Assembly (NCBI GenBank): GCA_963726255.1
Contig: CAVSBL010000002.1
Span: 544,001-608,000, forward strand
Length of the DNA: 64,000 bases
Source of the DNA: Candidatus Bathyarchaeota archaeon
GTDB taxonomy: Archaea; Thermoproteota; Bathyarchaeia; 40CM-2-53-6
Reading direction: 5' to 3'
Part shown: piece by piece, positions 40,688-50,089 of the stretch
Numbering within the stretch: position 1 is the first letter of the stretch
How the letters are laid out: every line of letters begins with the position of its first letter
The notes under the pieces: generated by a model
The model's input: the letters and a program-made list of their open reading frames with translations, nothing else
What the model was told of the DNA's origin: nothing
Databases searched by the model: none
Translations under genes and position numbers: made by a program

Positions 40688-41305
40688 GTGGACGCAAAGA
40701 ATCGCAGCGACAAGGAAGAACTATGTGACATTCTCCTAAGAACGGGGAGCCTGAAGTTCGGAACATTCAAGCTCGCGAGCGGTATCCTGAGCCCATATTA
40801 CGTTGACCTGCGAATTATCCCAAGCGACCCCGAAGCATTCCGAAGGGTGATTAACTACTACCTCGCCCTCGTTGAGCCGAACATGGTAAAACGTGTTCAG
40901 CGTTTGGCTGGCATACCAACTGCCGGCATCGCTTACGCGGCTGTGTTGGCGTTCAAACTCTCTAAGCCGTTCCTCTACGTTCGAAAGGAAGTGAAGGAAC
41001 ACGGACGTGAGCGAAGGATCGAAGGCCTTCTGCAACCAGGCGACAAGGTCCTAGTCTTAGATGATGTTGCGACTACGGGGAAGAATATCATAGAAGCTGC
41101 TGAGGCGATCCGAGCGGAGGGCGGAGTCGTTGAGGACGCCGTCGTGTTGCTGGATAGGCTGCAGGGAGGAGCGGTAAACCTTCGGAAGATTGACGTGAAG
41201 CTCCACGCTTTCACCACTATGAAACAAATCGCAGACAGGCTGGCGGCTTTGGGCACAATCGACGAAACTCAGCACAAGGCAATTGTCGGGCAGATCGTCA
41301 GCTAG
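40688..41305 (+). CDS. pyrE: Orotate phosphoribosyltransferase
   Basis: FG.FKLASG..SPYYVDLR, RKE.KEHG, VLDDVATTG. Confidence 0.96.
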   Translation: MDAKNRSDKEELCDILLRTGSLKFGTFKLASGILSPYYVDLRIIPSDPEAFRRVINYYLALVEPNMVKRVQRLAGIPTAGIAYAAVLAFKLSKPFLYVRKEVKEHGRERRIEGLLQPGDKVLVLDDVATTGKNIIEAAEAIRAEGGVVEDAVVLLDRLQGGAVNLRKIDVKLHAFTTMKQIADRLAALGTIDETQHKAIVGQIVS

Positions 41306-41371
41306 AAGCCAGATCGAGACGCGTGCTAACCAACGATCCGCACTTCGAACTCCGAATGGCTATGGCAAAAC

Positions 41372-43651
41372 CTAGGCCCAGTAGGTGACTGGCCACTCAG
41401 CATGGTTCGCCTGGCCGGAATCTCTCAACGCGGCTAAATCATATCCGAAGGGTAGTAGAAGGTTGACAGTTGAGGAAAGAAGCAGATCGACATACCTCTC
41501 TGAGTCGAAGACGGATCCTTCATCCATCAGCTCGGTGGGGAGAGCTCGGTTATGGTTTATTCTGGACTTGTCGTAGGTTAAGATGTAGTTGATTGTTTGC
41601 CCGGCGTGTACCTCCATGCCTTCCGCGGCGAGGTGCTTAGCCGCGATGGCTTGCGGAACCAGGTTTCTGTATTCGTTGGGATTCTTGCTGAGGTGTTTCT
41701 CGATCACGAGCTCTGCGACCGGAATGTTTCCGGTTCTGATTAGGTCAACGTATGACTTAACGACCGCCAGCACTTCGGGTATGAGCGCCATGAATTCCTC
41801 TGAATTGTTCGCCTTCGAGAGTGTGGTTAGCACATCCGTTTGACACCGCCTGACTATGCCGGCAGTGTCATGGCGGCGGAGGTCGATTCCTCTAACTTTG
41901 AGCTTGCCGTCCTGGAAGACTCCGTAGTACCGGTTGAGGACGGGGATTCGCGGGTCCGTTCGCGAGTTCAGGAACACAATCCACTTGTAGCGCCCCTCGA
42001 ACGCTATCGGGAAGTGCAGCTGCTCCTCTATCGTGCGGCATAGCTCCTCGTACTCATCTGGTGTTGCGTTAGGTTTCCAGAGCCACATCGAATCCACGAT
42101 GCCGTGTATGAGTTTGAAGCAATTGGATTCTGCAATCGCGACCGCTTCTCGCAGGATCTTCCGGGAGTAGGCACAGGTTGCGATGTGTGCGTCGATTCTC
42201 CCAAACCGCGCGTTCTTGAAGCCTAGGTATCCAATTGCCCGCCGCGTTCGAGGCGGCTATGAGCAGACTAGGATCCATTTGAGCGCGGCTTGGCGTTGAT
42301 CGTACCGCAACCTTGTAGGTGGGTCCATGGCTTCTTTTTTGTACTTCTTGTAAAGCGCACGTTTTCGGAGTAATATATCGAGCGACCTGGGTACTATGCC
42401 ATTCCATCTTTCACAAACATTCCACCCAAGCTCCGGTACTCGACTAACGGAGTCTGGGCAGCAGTTGCAGCGTATGGTTTCTCCGCTCAGGTTCATGTTG
42501 CGCATTATAGTTGGGTATAGGGAGGAGAAGTCGAGTTCGGCGACGGAGTCGTGTAGGCCGAATTTTGGTTCGTAAATGAAGCCACCGCGGTCCGCTAGTA
42601 TGAGTTCGTTTCCGTTCTTCCACTCCTCGGGCTCGTTCTTGTTCCAGGGGATTAATACGTCGGCTTTGACGGCGTGGTAGAGTTGGAGGGACGTCATGCT
42701 GGTGCCAATCGTCGTTCGCGAGGCCCTCTGCAATGGGATTATGCAGGTTCGGGCCACCTCGAAGAGACCTTCGAGGCCGCAGTCGCTGCTGATGAATCCA
42801 TTCGCCTCGTCCACATGCAACCGGCCCAGTAGTCTTGCGGCGGTTTGCTTGAAGAGTATCTTCCCGTACGAAAAGTAACTGTGGCCTTGCACTTCGTAAA
42901 CCCGAAGCGGCGAATCTTCCCTACCGAGAACCATTTTGTGGAGGATGTGGTGGTGTTGAGCACGCCTGGCCAAGTAGGGGAAAATGAAGGAGTCTCCGCC
43001 TTCCGTCAAGACTACATCCGGGTCAATCTCGCGGAAGGCTGTGACGAGTTTGTTGAGCTTGTCAAGTTCGCTGCCCGAGTCGAAAATTATGGTATCATTC
43101 TTGGTTTGGATTTTGATTAAGTCTAATTCATCTTCAAACCTTGAGATCCTGCAAGTCTTCTTAGTGCTGATTTCTAGCCGTATGTTTCGAAGTGTTGGCA
43201 GTTCGTAGTCGATTGTTTCACGGGAATCCTTGATGGTCCACTTAACGCGGCCATGAGATGCGTCAGCCTCGACGAACGCTAGGGGGAATAGGTCGTTGTG
43301 GTAGAGGTACATCTGAATTGATGGGATATCTACGTCGTAGAGCCTGAACTTCGAGTATCCACCATGCCGGAGGATCTTCCGTGCCAGAGTTTGGGCTTCT
43401 GATTCGTCGTTTACTTCAACTTCGAGAACGTTACTCTTAGTCTGGTCGCCTGCCCTCTCGAATTTCTCGACGAATGTGCATGATGGAATGAATGGTTGGA
43501 GGTTTAGGAGGTCGTCACGTTCTCCGCCAATGTGGATTCGCGGCTTCCAGCCGTCAACTAGCTTGACGCATGATCCGTCGCGCTGCTTGAGCCAGACAAC
43601 CATTTGGCTGGCTTTAGGGTAGAGATCCAAGATCCAGCCTTGATGTTTCAA
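41372..43651 (-). CDS. polB2: Family B DNA polymerase PolB2 (Dpo2-type), interrupted by a 24-nt putative intron; 751 aa if spliced
   Basis: DRGG..EP, DFSSLYPTIM, KWILVCS|FGYLG, HGIVDS (variant motif C), NRYYG, KVRG. Confidence 0.92.
42235..42258 (-). other. Putative BHB mRNA intron in polB2 (AGCCGCCTCGAACGCGGCGGGCAA)
   Basis: 4-bp helix GCTC/GGGC, bulges ATA and AAT, intron stem GCCGC/GCGGC; excision gives TCA TTT GGA (S-F-G) and removes a TAG. Confidence 0.85.
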
Positions 43652-43902
43652 AGGCCCCGCTCTTCGATTCGCTTCTCTAACTCGATGATTTTCTTGTGGT
43701 GCGCGAACAACATCGAAATAATCAGGGGCACCTGTTTTATTGGTGAGGCCATTACACTCGCCGCCGACGCTAGCAACTTACACTGATTCAACATATCTTC
43801 GAAAATGATTTTGTCTTCTTGCCTGAGAAATTCCTGAAACCTTTTCAATTTTTCAACCTCGGCCTCTACGACCATTCTCCATGACGGGATTGTTCGTCCC
43901 AT
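43648..43902 (-). CDS. Small PolB2-associated protein
   Basis: MGRTIPSWR...LR.ED..IF; translationally coupled between RadA-like gene and polB2. Confidence 0.8.
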   Translation of the reverse strand: MGRTIPSWRMVVEAEVEKLKRFQEFLRQEDKIIFEDMLNQCKLLASAASVMASPIKQVPLIISMLFAHHKKIIELEKRIEERGL

Positions 43903-44651
43903 CACAGGTAACTCTCCAAAGTCTCTACCCCAAGCGAGGATGCTGTGGCGGTGCGTGGGGGAAGCCACGGATGTTTCAGTAGTGAAACTCGGGTCAGGCC
44001 GCCTTTTTCCTCGATTGTTGCGAAGACATGTACAGCCTGTGTAAGGATGCGATCCATTAGCGCGTTTCTTGATTCTATGTTCGTCGCAATTATCAGACAT
44101 TTTTGTTGTCGAGCGAGGCTTGCGAGATTTCTCGCGGCTTTCGCGAAAATGCGAAGTGCATCCTCTTTATCCTCGCCCCGTATATCCGGGTCGCAGTAGA
44201 GTTGCGTAATGTCGGAGACGACAACGAGTTTCGCCTTGAATTTCTTTATCGCAAGTTGGAGTTTGTCGGTTATGAGGCATGCGAGTTGGTGGTGGGTGAA
44301 AGCCCTACTGACATGCAGCCGTTCTAACACTGTCTCCGTGTCAAGGCCATGCTCAACTGAACGGTCTGAGATATAGTAAGGGTCGAAGAGGTTGCCGCCG
44401 TCAACGAATACCGTATCGCAGTCCGGACCCAATGGTTGCGGAAGTGTCGCCCTGACGCAGAGTAGCATAGAAAGGGCGTGTGCAGGTTTACCCTGAAACG
44501 TAGCAAACTGGCCGAAGTTGAGCCTCAAGATGCCGTCTAAGGCTTCCATGCCAGAGGTCAGATCAGGTTGCAACTGTTGACGCTTGCTTAGCAGAAGGTC
44601 GTTAACTTTGACGAAATTTTCGACAGCTACTTCACAATTCAATGGAGCCAT
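43902..44651 (-). CDS. Inactive RadA/RecA-like protein of the PolB2 cassette (start uncertain)
   Basis: TSG..ALD, FVDGGN.FDPY, VSRAFT.HQL; Walker A absent. Confidence 0.8.
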   Translation of the reverse strand: MAPLNCEVAVENFVKVNDLLLSKRQQLQPDLTSGMEALDGILRLNFGQFATFQGKPAHALSMLLCVRATLPQPLGPDCDTVFVDGGNLFDPYYISDRSVEHGLDTETVLERLHVSRAFTHHQLACLITDKLQLAIKKFKAKLVVVSDITQLYCDPDIRGEDKEDALRIFAKAARNLASLARQQKCLIIATNIESRNALMDRILTQAVHVFATIEEKGGLTRVSLLKHPWLPPRTATASSLGVETLESYL

Positions 44652-44793
44652 AGAATTGCCGTGAAGAATGCAAGCAGATAATCTGGGAGACCAGATTATG
44701 CGCATCTCTGTCAGAGACACGTGAATGTAAAGCGTTCTGCATTTTGAGGCGTTCACTGAGGCTGGAAGTTGTTACGGAGTAAGGTGGTTCAAC

Positions 44794-45768
44794 CTACCGT
44801 CTTGCGAGTCGCTTATTGACTAACTTGCGGCCGGCAGAGTAAGGGTCGATTTTGTTCGCCGCTACCTGTTTCATGATTTTCCGGAATGTTTCTGACGATG
44901 CCATTTCCTTCAGCGATATGTCCTCAAAGTATTGCTGGGCTGCATCGAGCACTTCGGATCGCAACCAATTCTCATCTGCCCTGCGTGATCCAACTGATTC
45001 TTTTACGTACTTTGAGTGTTGGTTTATTGCTTCTATAAGCCCCGTAACTCCTTCTCCCGACCTTGCAATAGTCTTCAAGACGCGGGGTCGCCAACCGGTA
45101 ACCGGTTCGGCCATCATGACCATTTGGTGAATTTGCTGGGCCGCTCGTTCCGCATTTTCCATATCGGCCTTATTGACGACGAAGATGTCACCGATTTCCA
45201 TAATGCCCGCTTTTAATGCTTGAATCTCATCGCCTAACCCGGGTGCGGTTACGACGATTGTGGTATGGGCGAGTTCTTTTACGTCGACATCGGATTGGCC
45301 CGCTCCAGCTGTTTCAACGATAACGTAGTCCATTGCGGTTGCGTCTAAGATTCGAACCGCGTCTTCTGTTGCCCTGGCGATTCCGCCGAAATGGCCGCGA
45401 GTAGCCATGCTTCTAATGAACACTCGAGGATCTGCTGCTAGGTTTCCCATCCTAATTCGATCTCCCAGCAAGGCACCACCTGTTATCTGACTTGATGGGT
45501 CAACGGCTACGATTCCAACTCTGCTGCCAGCATCTCTGTATCGCTCTGCAAGTTGTGCGATGAGCGTGCTCTTTCCGCAGCCTGGGGGGCCCGTTATGCC
45601 GATAACCTGAGCCTTGCCCGCACGCCAATACAGGCTAGAAAGAATCACAATTCTTGAACGGGGATCATTCTCGGCTGTTGACATTAGCTGGGATATGGCA
45701 CGCCGGTCGCCGTGTACAGCTTTTTGAATTAGTCTTTCAACGGGTGATTTCGTATGCGGCTTGGGCAC
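44794..45768 (-). CDS. meaB: MeaB/ArgK GTPase, B12-mutase chaperone
   Basis: GPPGCGKS, DPSS..TGGALLGDRIRM, RSMATRG, ETAG.GQS, NKAD. Confidence 0.95.
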   Translation of the reverse strand: MPKPHTKSPVERLIQKAVHGDRRAISQLMSTAENDPRSRIVILSSLYWRAGKAQVIGITGPPGCGKSTLIAQLAERYRDAGSRVGIVAVDPSSQITGGALLGDRIRMGNLAADPRVFIRSMATRGHFGGIARATEDAVRILDATAMDYVIVETAGAGQSDVDVKELAHTTIVVTAPGLGDEIQALKAGIMEIGDIFVVNKADMENAERAAQQIHQMVMMAEPVTGWRPRVLKTIARSGEGVTGLIEAINQHSKYVKESVGSRRADENWLRSEVLDAAQQYFEDISLKEMASSETFRKIMKQVAANKIDPYSAGRKLVNKRLARR

Positions 45769-45792
45769 GAATGTGAGCGCCTCGTCATTTTC

Positions 45793-47381
45793 CTAGATGA
45801 TCGTCTTGGGATGGAACTCTCCATACTCTTCTCTTATGACATCGCTTATTTCGCCAGTAGTAGCCTTAGACCTCACGGCGTCGAATATCAAAGGTATTAC
45901 GTTGATGTTCCGCTCAAGAGCATTCTGAAGCTTTCTGAGGCTACGAAGCAGCTGAGTTTTCCGACGGTTTCGTCTGAAAGCTTCTGTGCGGGAAATCTGC
46001 CGACGTACTACCAGGGGGAGATCTTATGAATCTTGATTTGATACGGTTTCGGGTCAACATATACGTTGACCCCAACAATTTTGATTGCGCCAGATTCTAT
46101 TCCAATTTGCCTCTTGAAAGCGCTATCGCGAATCTGCTTTTGAATATACCCACTCTGAATCGCTTTAACAGATCCTCCCAGTTTTTCAACTCGACCTATT
46201 TCAGCCCGGGCCTCATTTTCCATCTGGCTCGTGAGGTATTCGAGGTAGTAGCTTCCGCCCAAGGCGTCAACTGTCTTCGTAACACCACTTTCGTGGGCAA
46301 TTATCTGCTGCGTTCGAAGGGCTATTTTCACGGCTTCTTCTGTAGGCAGGGATAACGCTTCGTCAAGGGAATTTGTGTGCAGCGACTGTGTTCCCCCTAA
46401 GACTGCCGCCAGAGCTTGGATGGCTACTCGGACGATGTTATTCTGCGGTTGCTGGGCAGTGAGCGTTTCTCCGCTGGTTTGCGTGTGGAAGCGTAATTTC
46501 ATCGCCTCCGGGTCATTTGCGTGAAATTCCTCTTTCATCATGTGTGCCCATATGCGGCGGGCTGCCCGGAATTTGGCTACTTCTTCTAGGAAATCGTTGT
46601 GGCATGCAAAAAAGAAGGACAGATGCGGCGCGAACTCGTCGATCTTCAACCCGCGTTGGATGCAAGCTCTCACGTACTCCTTTGCGTTCGCAAATGCGTA
46701 AGCGAGTTCTTGGACCGCGCTTGAGCCGCTTTCTCTGATGTGATATCCGCTTATGCTGATCGGGTGCCACATCGGCATTCTCTTGGCGCAAAATTCGATA
46801 ATGTCCACGGACAGCCTCAACGATTGCTCGGGAGGAAAGATGTAGGTATTGCGCGCTATGTACTCCTTGAGGATGTCATTCTGTGTCGTTCCACGCAGTC
46901 GTCCAAGCGGGACTCCCTGCGATGTTCCGACCGATGCGTACATTGCTAACATTATGGCAGCCGTGGCGTTGATGGTCATCGAAGTACTGATCCTTCCAAG
47001 GTCGATTCCCTGGAAGAGTAGTCTCATGTCATTCACAGAACTGATCGGTACTCCTACCCGACCGACTTCTCCTTCAGCCCGAGGGCTGTCGGAATCATAG
47101 CCCAATTGAGTTGGAAGGTCAAAGGCAACGCTAAGCCCCGTTTGTCCTTGTTTAATCAGGAATCTGAAACGCCGATTCGTAGCCTCGGCGCTGCCAAACC
47201 CGGAATATTGCCTCATCGTCCAAAGTCGGGAACGGTACATCTCGGAGTAGATTCCGCGCGTAAAGGGGAATTTCCCCGGTTCGCCCAAATTGCGTTCGAG
47301 GTACCGTGGGTCAGAATCCCTTTGGTCGTAGAACTTTTTCACTGCAAAGCCCGAAGCAGAGAAGATCCTTTCTTCTTTCAA
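45793..47381 (-). CDS. mcmA: Methylmalonyl-CoA mutase large subunit; 1-nt frameshift at 46014-46018
   Basis: TMRQYSGF (Tyr), QNDILKEYIARNTY (Arg), SGYHIRE; shifted frame continues to ATTGEISD..YGEF. Confidence 0.9.
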
Positions 47382-47500
47382 AGTTGGACGAACCTCCTAG
47401 TGGACCTAGCACGTATATGACTTTGAAGGGAAAAGCCCTCAAATCACCCAAAAGAACATTAACGCCCATCTTCTGAAGTTTCTAAGTTCGTGTGGAACAA

Positions 47501-49261
47501 ATGCCGCCGAAGAGAAAAATGAATTACTGGGCGAAGAAAGTTGAGCAAATAGTAGCCGCGAGAAAACGACAAGGCCCACTTTACGATCGCAAGCAGCTTC
47601 GTTCGATAGTTGAAAAACAGCGCAAATGGAAAGAAGGCACGCTAAAGAAATGGTTGGCGAAGGCGCCCGAGCGCAAGGAAGAATTCGAGAACCCGTCCGG
47701 AATCCCCCTAAGACGGATATACAGTCCTACGGACGTGTCGTACCAAGCTTATTCCGAGAACGTTGGACTCCCGGGCGAATTTCCATACACCCGCGGGGTC
47801 CACCCAACCATGTACCGGGGCCGGCTATGGACTATGCGAATGTTCTCCGGTTACGGTACTCCCGAGCAAACCAACGCACGACTCAAGTACCTTCTGAAGG
47901 AAGGCGAGACTGGACTGAGCATTGCTTTCGACATGCCGACTTTGTATGGCGTTGACGCAGACCATCCAAGGGCTGAGGGAGAGGTTGGCAAGTGCGGTGT
48001 TTCGGTATCCTCACTTAGAGACATGGAAGTGGTCCTCGATGGCATTCCGCTCGATGAAGTCAGCACTTCAATGACGATCAACGCGCCTGCTTCTGTTCTA
48101 ACCTGTATGTATGTTGCAGCCGCTGATGAACGCGGGATAGCGCCGAAGAAACTGCGCGGCACGGTGCAAACCGACATTCTCAAGGAGTATGCAGCCCAAA
48201 AGGAGTGGGTGTACCCACCCGAAGCTCACCTCAGAATCATCCGCGACATGATTCTGTACTCCACAAAGCACCTCCCACAATGGAACTACGTCAGCGTAAG
48301 CGGATACCATATTCGCGAAGCGGGTTCAAGTGCCCTACAGGAATTGGCTTTCACTTTGGCCGATGGGTTTGCCTACGTTGACCTAGGACTGCAAGCTGGG
48401 TTGAAAGTAGACGATTTCGTCCCCAGGCTATCCTTTTTCTTTAACTGTGGTATGGACTTCTTTGAAGAGATTGCGAAATTTCGGGCTGCCCGACGGGTTT
48501 GGTCTAAAGTTCTCAAAGAAAAATATAATGCGAGAAACCCCAGGTCAACGTTAATGCGGTTTCACACTCAGACCTCAGGCGTGTCTTTGACATGGCAACA
48601 ACCACTCAACAACATTGTAAGAACTACTATTGAGGCCTTAGCCGCAGTTTTGGGCGGAACACAATCATTGCACACGAATGCGTACGATGAGGCATGGGCT
48701 CTACCTACAGAGCAAGCCGCTCTAATTGCCCTGAGAAGCCAACAACTCTTGGCTGAAGAGACCGGGGTTGCTGACGTCATTGACCCCCTCGGTGGATCAT
48801 ACTATGTTGAATGGCTAACGGATGAAATGGAGCAGCGAACATACGAGTATCTTGCAAAAATCGAGGGCCTCGGCGGTATTCTGGCTGCCATCAAGACAGG
48901 TTTCATTCAGAGGGAAATCGCAGATACTTCATACAAGTATCAAAGGCAGATGGAAGAAGGCAAAAGGGTTATTGTGGGAGTTAACGCCCACCAAATGAAT
49001 GAAGCATCTCCTATTGAAACGCTAAGAATCGACGAAAAGATACGCAACAGCCAAGTCGAGAGGTTGAAAGAAGTCAAGAAAAACAGGGATGCTACAGCAG
49101 TGAAAAACTCTTTAGAAGAACTCCGCTTATCTTTCCTGGATCCTGATTCGAACTGCATCTACCCGATGCTTAAGGCCGTAAAATCCTATGCAACATTAGG
49201 AGAAATTGTGGACGTTGGAAGAAGGGTGTTCGGGGACTGGAAGGAGCCCTCGATACTGTGA
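47501..49261 (+). CDS. B12-dependent acyl-CoA mutase large subunit, isobutyryl-CoA-mutase-like
   Basis: TMRMFSG (Phe), QTDILKEYAAQKEW (Gln), SGYHIRE. Confidence 0.85.
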   Translation: MPPKRKMNYWAKKVEQIVAARKRQGPLYDRKQLRSIVEKQRKWKEGTLKKWLAKAPERKEEFENPSGIPLRRIYSPTDVSYQAYSENVGLPGEFPYTRGVHPTMYRGRLWTMRMFSGYGTPEQTNARLKYLLKEGETGLSIAFDMPTLYGVDADHPRAEGEVGKCGVSVSSLRDMEVVLDGIPLDEVSTSMTINAPASVLTCMYVAAADERGIAPKKLRGTVQTDILKEYAAQKEWVYPPEAHLRIIRDMILYSTKHLPQWNYVSVSGYHIREAGSSALQELAFTLADGFAYVDLGLQAGLKVDDFVPRLSFFFNCGMDFFEEIAKFRAARRVWSKVLKEKYNARNPRSTLMRFHTQTSGVSLTWQQPLNNIVRTTIEALAAVLGGTQSLHTNAYDEAWALPTEQAALIALRSQQLLAEETGVADVIDPLGGSYYVEWLTDEMEQRTYEYLAKIEGLGGILAAIKTGFIQREIADTSYKYQRQMEEGKRVIVGVNAHQMNEASPIETLRIDEKIRNSQVERLKEVKKNRDATAVKNSLEELRLSFLDPDSNCIYPMLKAVKSYATLGEIVDVGRRVFGDWKEPSIL

Positions 49262-49293
49262 AGTTTGGAGGTGGGACAATCTCGACAACACGG

Positions 49294-49736
49294 TTGACGA
49301 CCAAGAAAATTCAGCAGAGAAAGATTAGGGTGCTTGTGGCAAAGCCCGGGCTCGTGTGAATCAACGGCTAAACGGGCATGACCGTGGCGCCCTCGTCTTG
49401 TGTAGGGCCCTCCGAGATGCTGGTATGGAGGTCATCTACGCCGGACTCTTAGCCGGCCCAGAGCAAGTTGCTCAAATGGCCATAGACGAAGACGTTGACG
49501 TTGTTGCGATGAGCTTGCTCAACGGCGCACACATGACCGCCTTCCCGAAGGTCGCAAAGGCACTCAAGGAACATCAGGCAGGCGACATCCTGCTTGTAGG
49601 GGGCGGCATTATCCCTGAAGAGGATAAACCGAAACTCGAGAGATTGGGTATAACGGGGAATTTCGGCCCAGGCACCTCTCTGCAGACGATCATCAATCAC
49701 ATAGTAGGACGCGTTCGGAAGGAACGTTGGAAGTAG
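49294..49736 (+). CDS. Cobalamin-binding small subunit of acyl-CoA mutase, interrupted by a 17-nt putative intron; 141 aa if spliced (start uncertain)
   Basis: KIRVLVAKPGL|DGHDRGA..LRDAGMEVIY.G..SLL.GAH..GGGIIP. Confidence 0.92.
49355..49371 (+). other. Putative BHB mRNA intron (TGTGAATCAACGGCTAA)
   Basis: Exon stem GCCCG/CGGGC, helix GGCT/GGCT, bulges CGT and AAA; excision gives CTC GAC GGG CAT (L-D-G-H). Confidence 0.88.
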
Positions 49737-49753
49737 CCGTTCTATTTAGCCCG

Positions 49754-49990
49754 TCAGCTTACCTTTTCGAGATGTTCAAATTCTAGCATGGAGCCAGTTC
49801 GATTTGATTTTTTGTTTGAAAACCACGTGCACTTCGTCGCCTACGGCGACTTGACCCTTTGTCTTGTGAACTATGCCGCCATGGGAGGGAAAACGGACCA
49901 GCGCGACTGTGACTGGTTCTGAGAGATTCGGATATGAGGGTATCTTTGAACGCTTTTCAGGTCTCGAGACAATCTCTTCCTGCGTAACCT
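49754..49990 (-). pseudogene. Remnant of a DUF35-type OB-fold domain
   Basis: EPVTVALVRF..HGGIVHK...VAVGDEV.VVFK..(shift)RTGSML; no start and no Zn ribbon. Confidence 0.5.
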
Positions 49991-50089
49991 CACGACTTCA
50001 ACGAGGTTCTGATAACTGGACAATAATCTTCATTATTGGCAACTAGCATTCGCAATGCGAACGCGCAGGGATTCGAGGATCAATTTAGA

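Noticed and set aside
42235-42259. Pyrrolysine or amber readthrough with a PYLIS-like hairpin in polB2
   Set aside because: Readthrough would insert 8 residues into motif B and change Phe to Ile, whereas BHB excision restores the motif exactly. No pyl genes in the window. Disfavoured but not formally excluded.
46008-46020. Truncated methylmalonyl-CoA mutase
   Set aside because: One extra C in a C5 run restores the full C-terminus.
49356-49373. GTG 49356 as the true start, or selenocysteine at TGA 49357
   Set aside because: That start loses the first beta strand and the motif Asp. The TGA frame does not continue into the gene.
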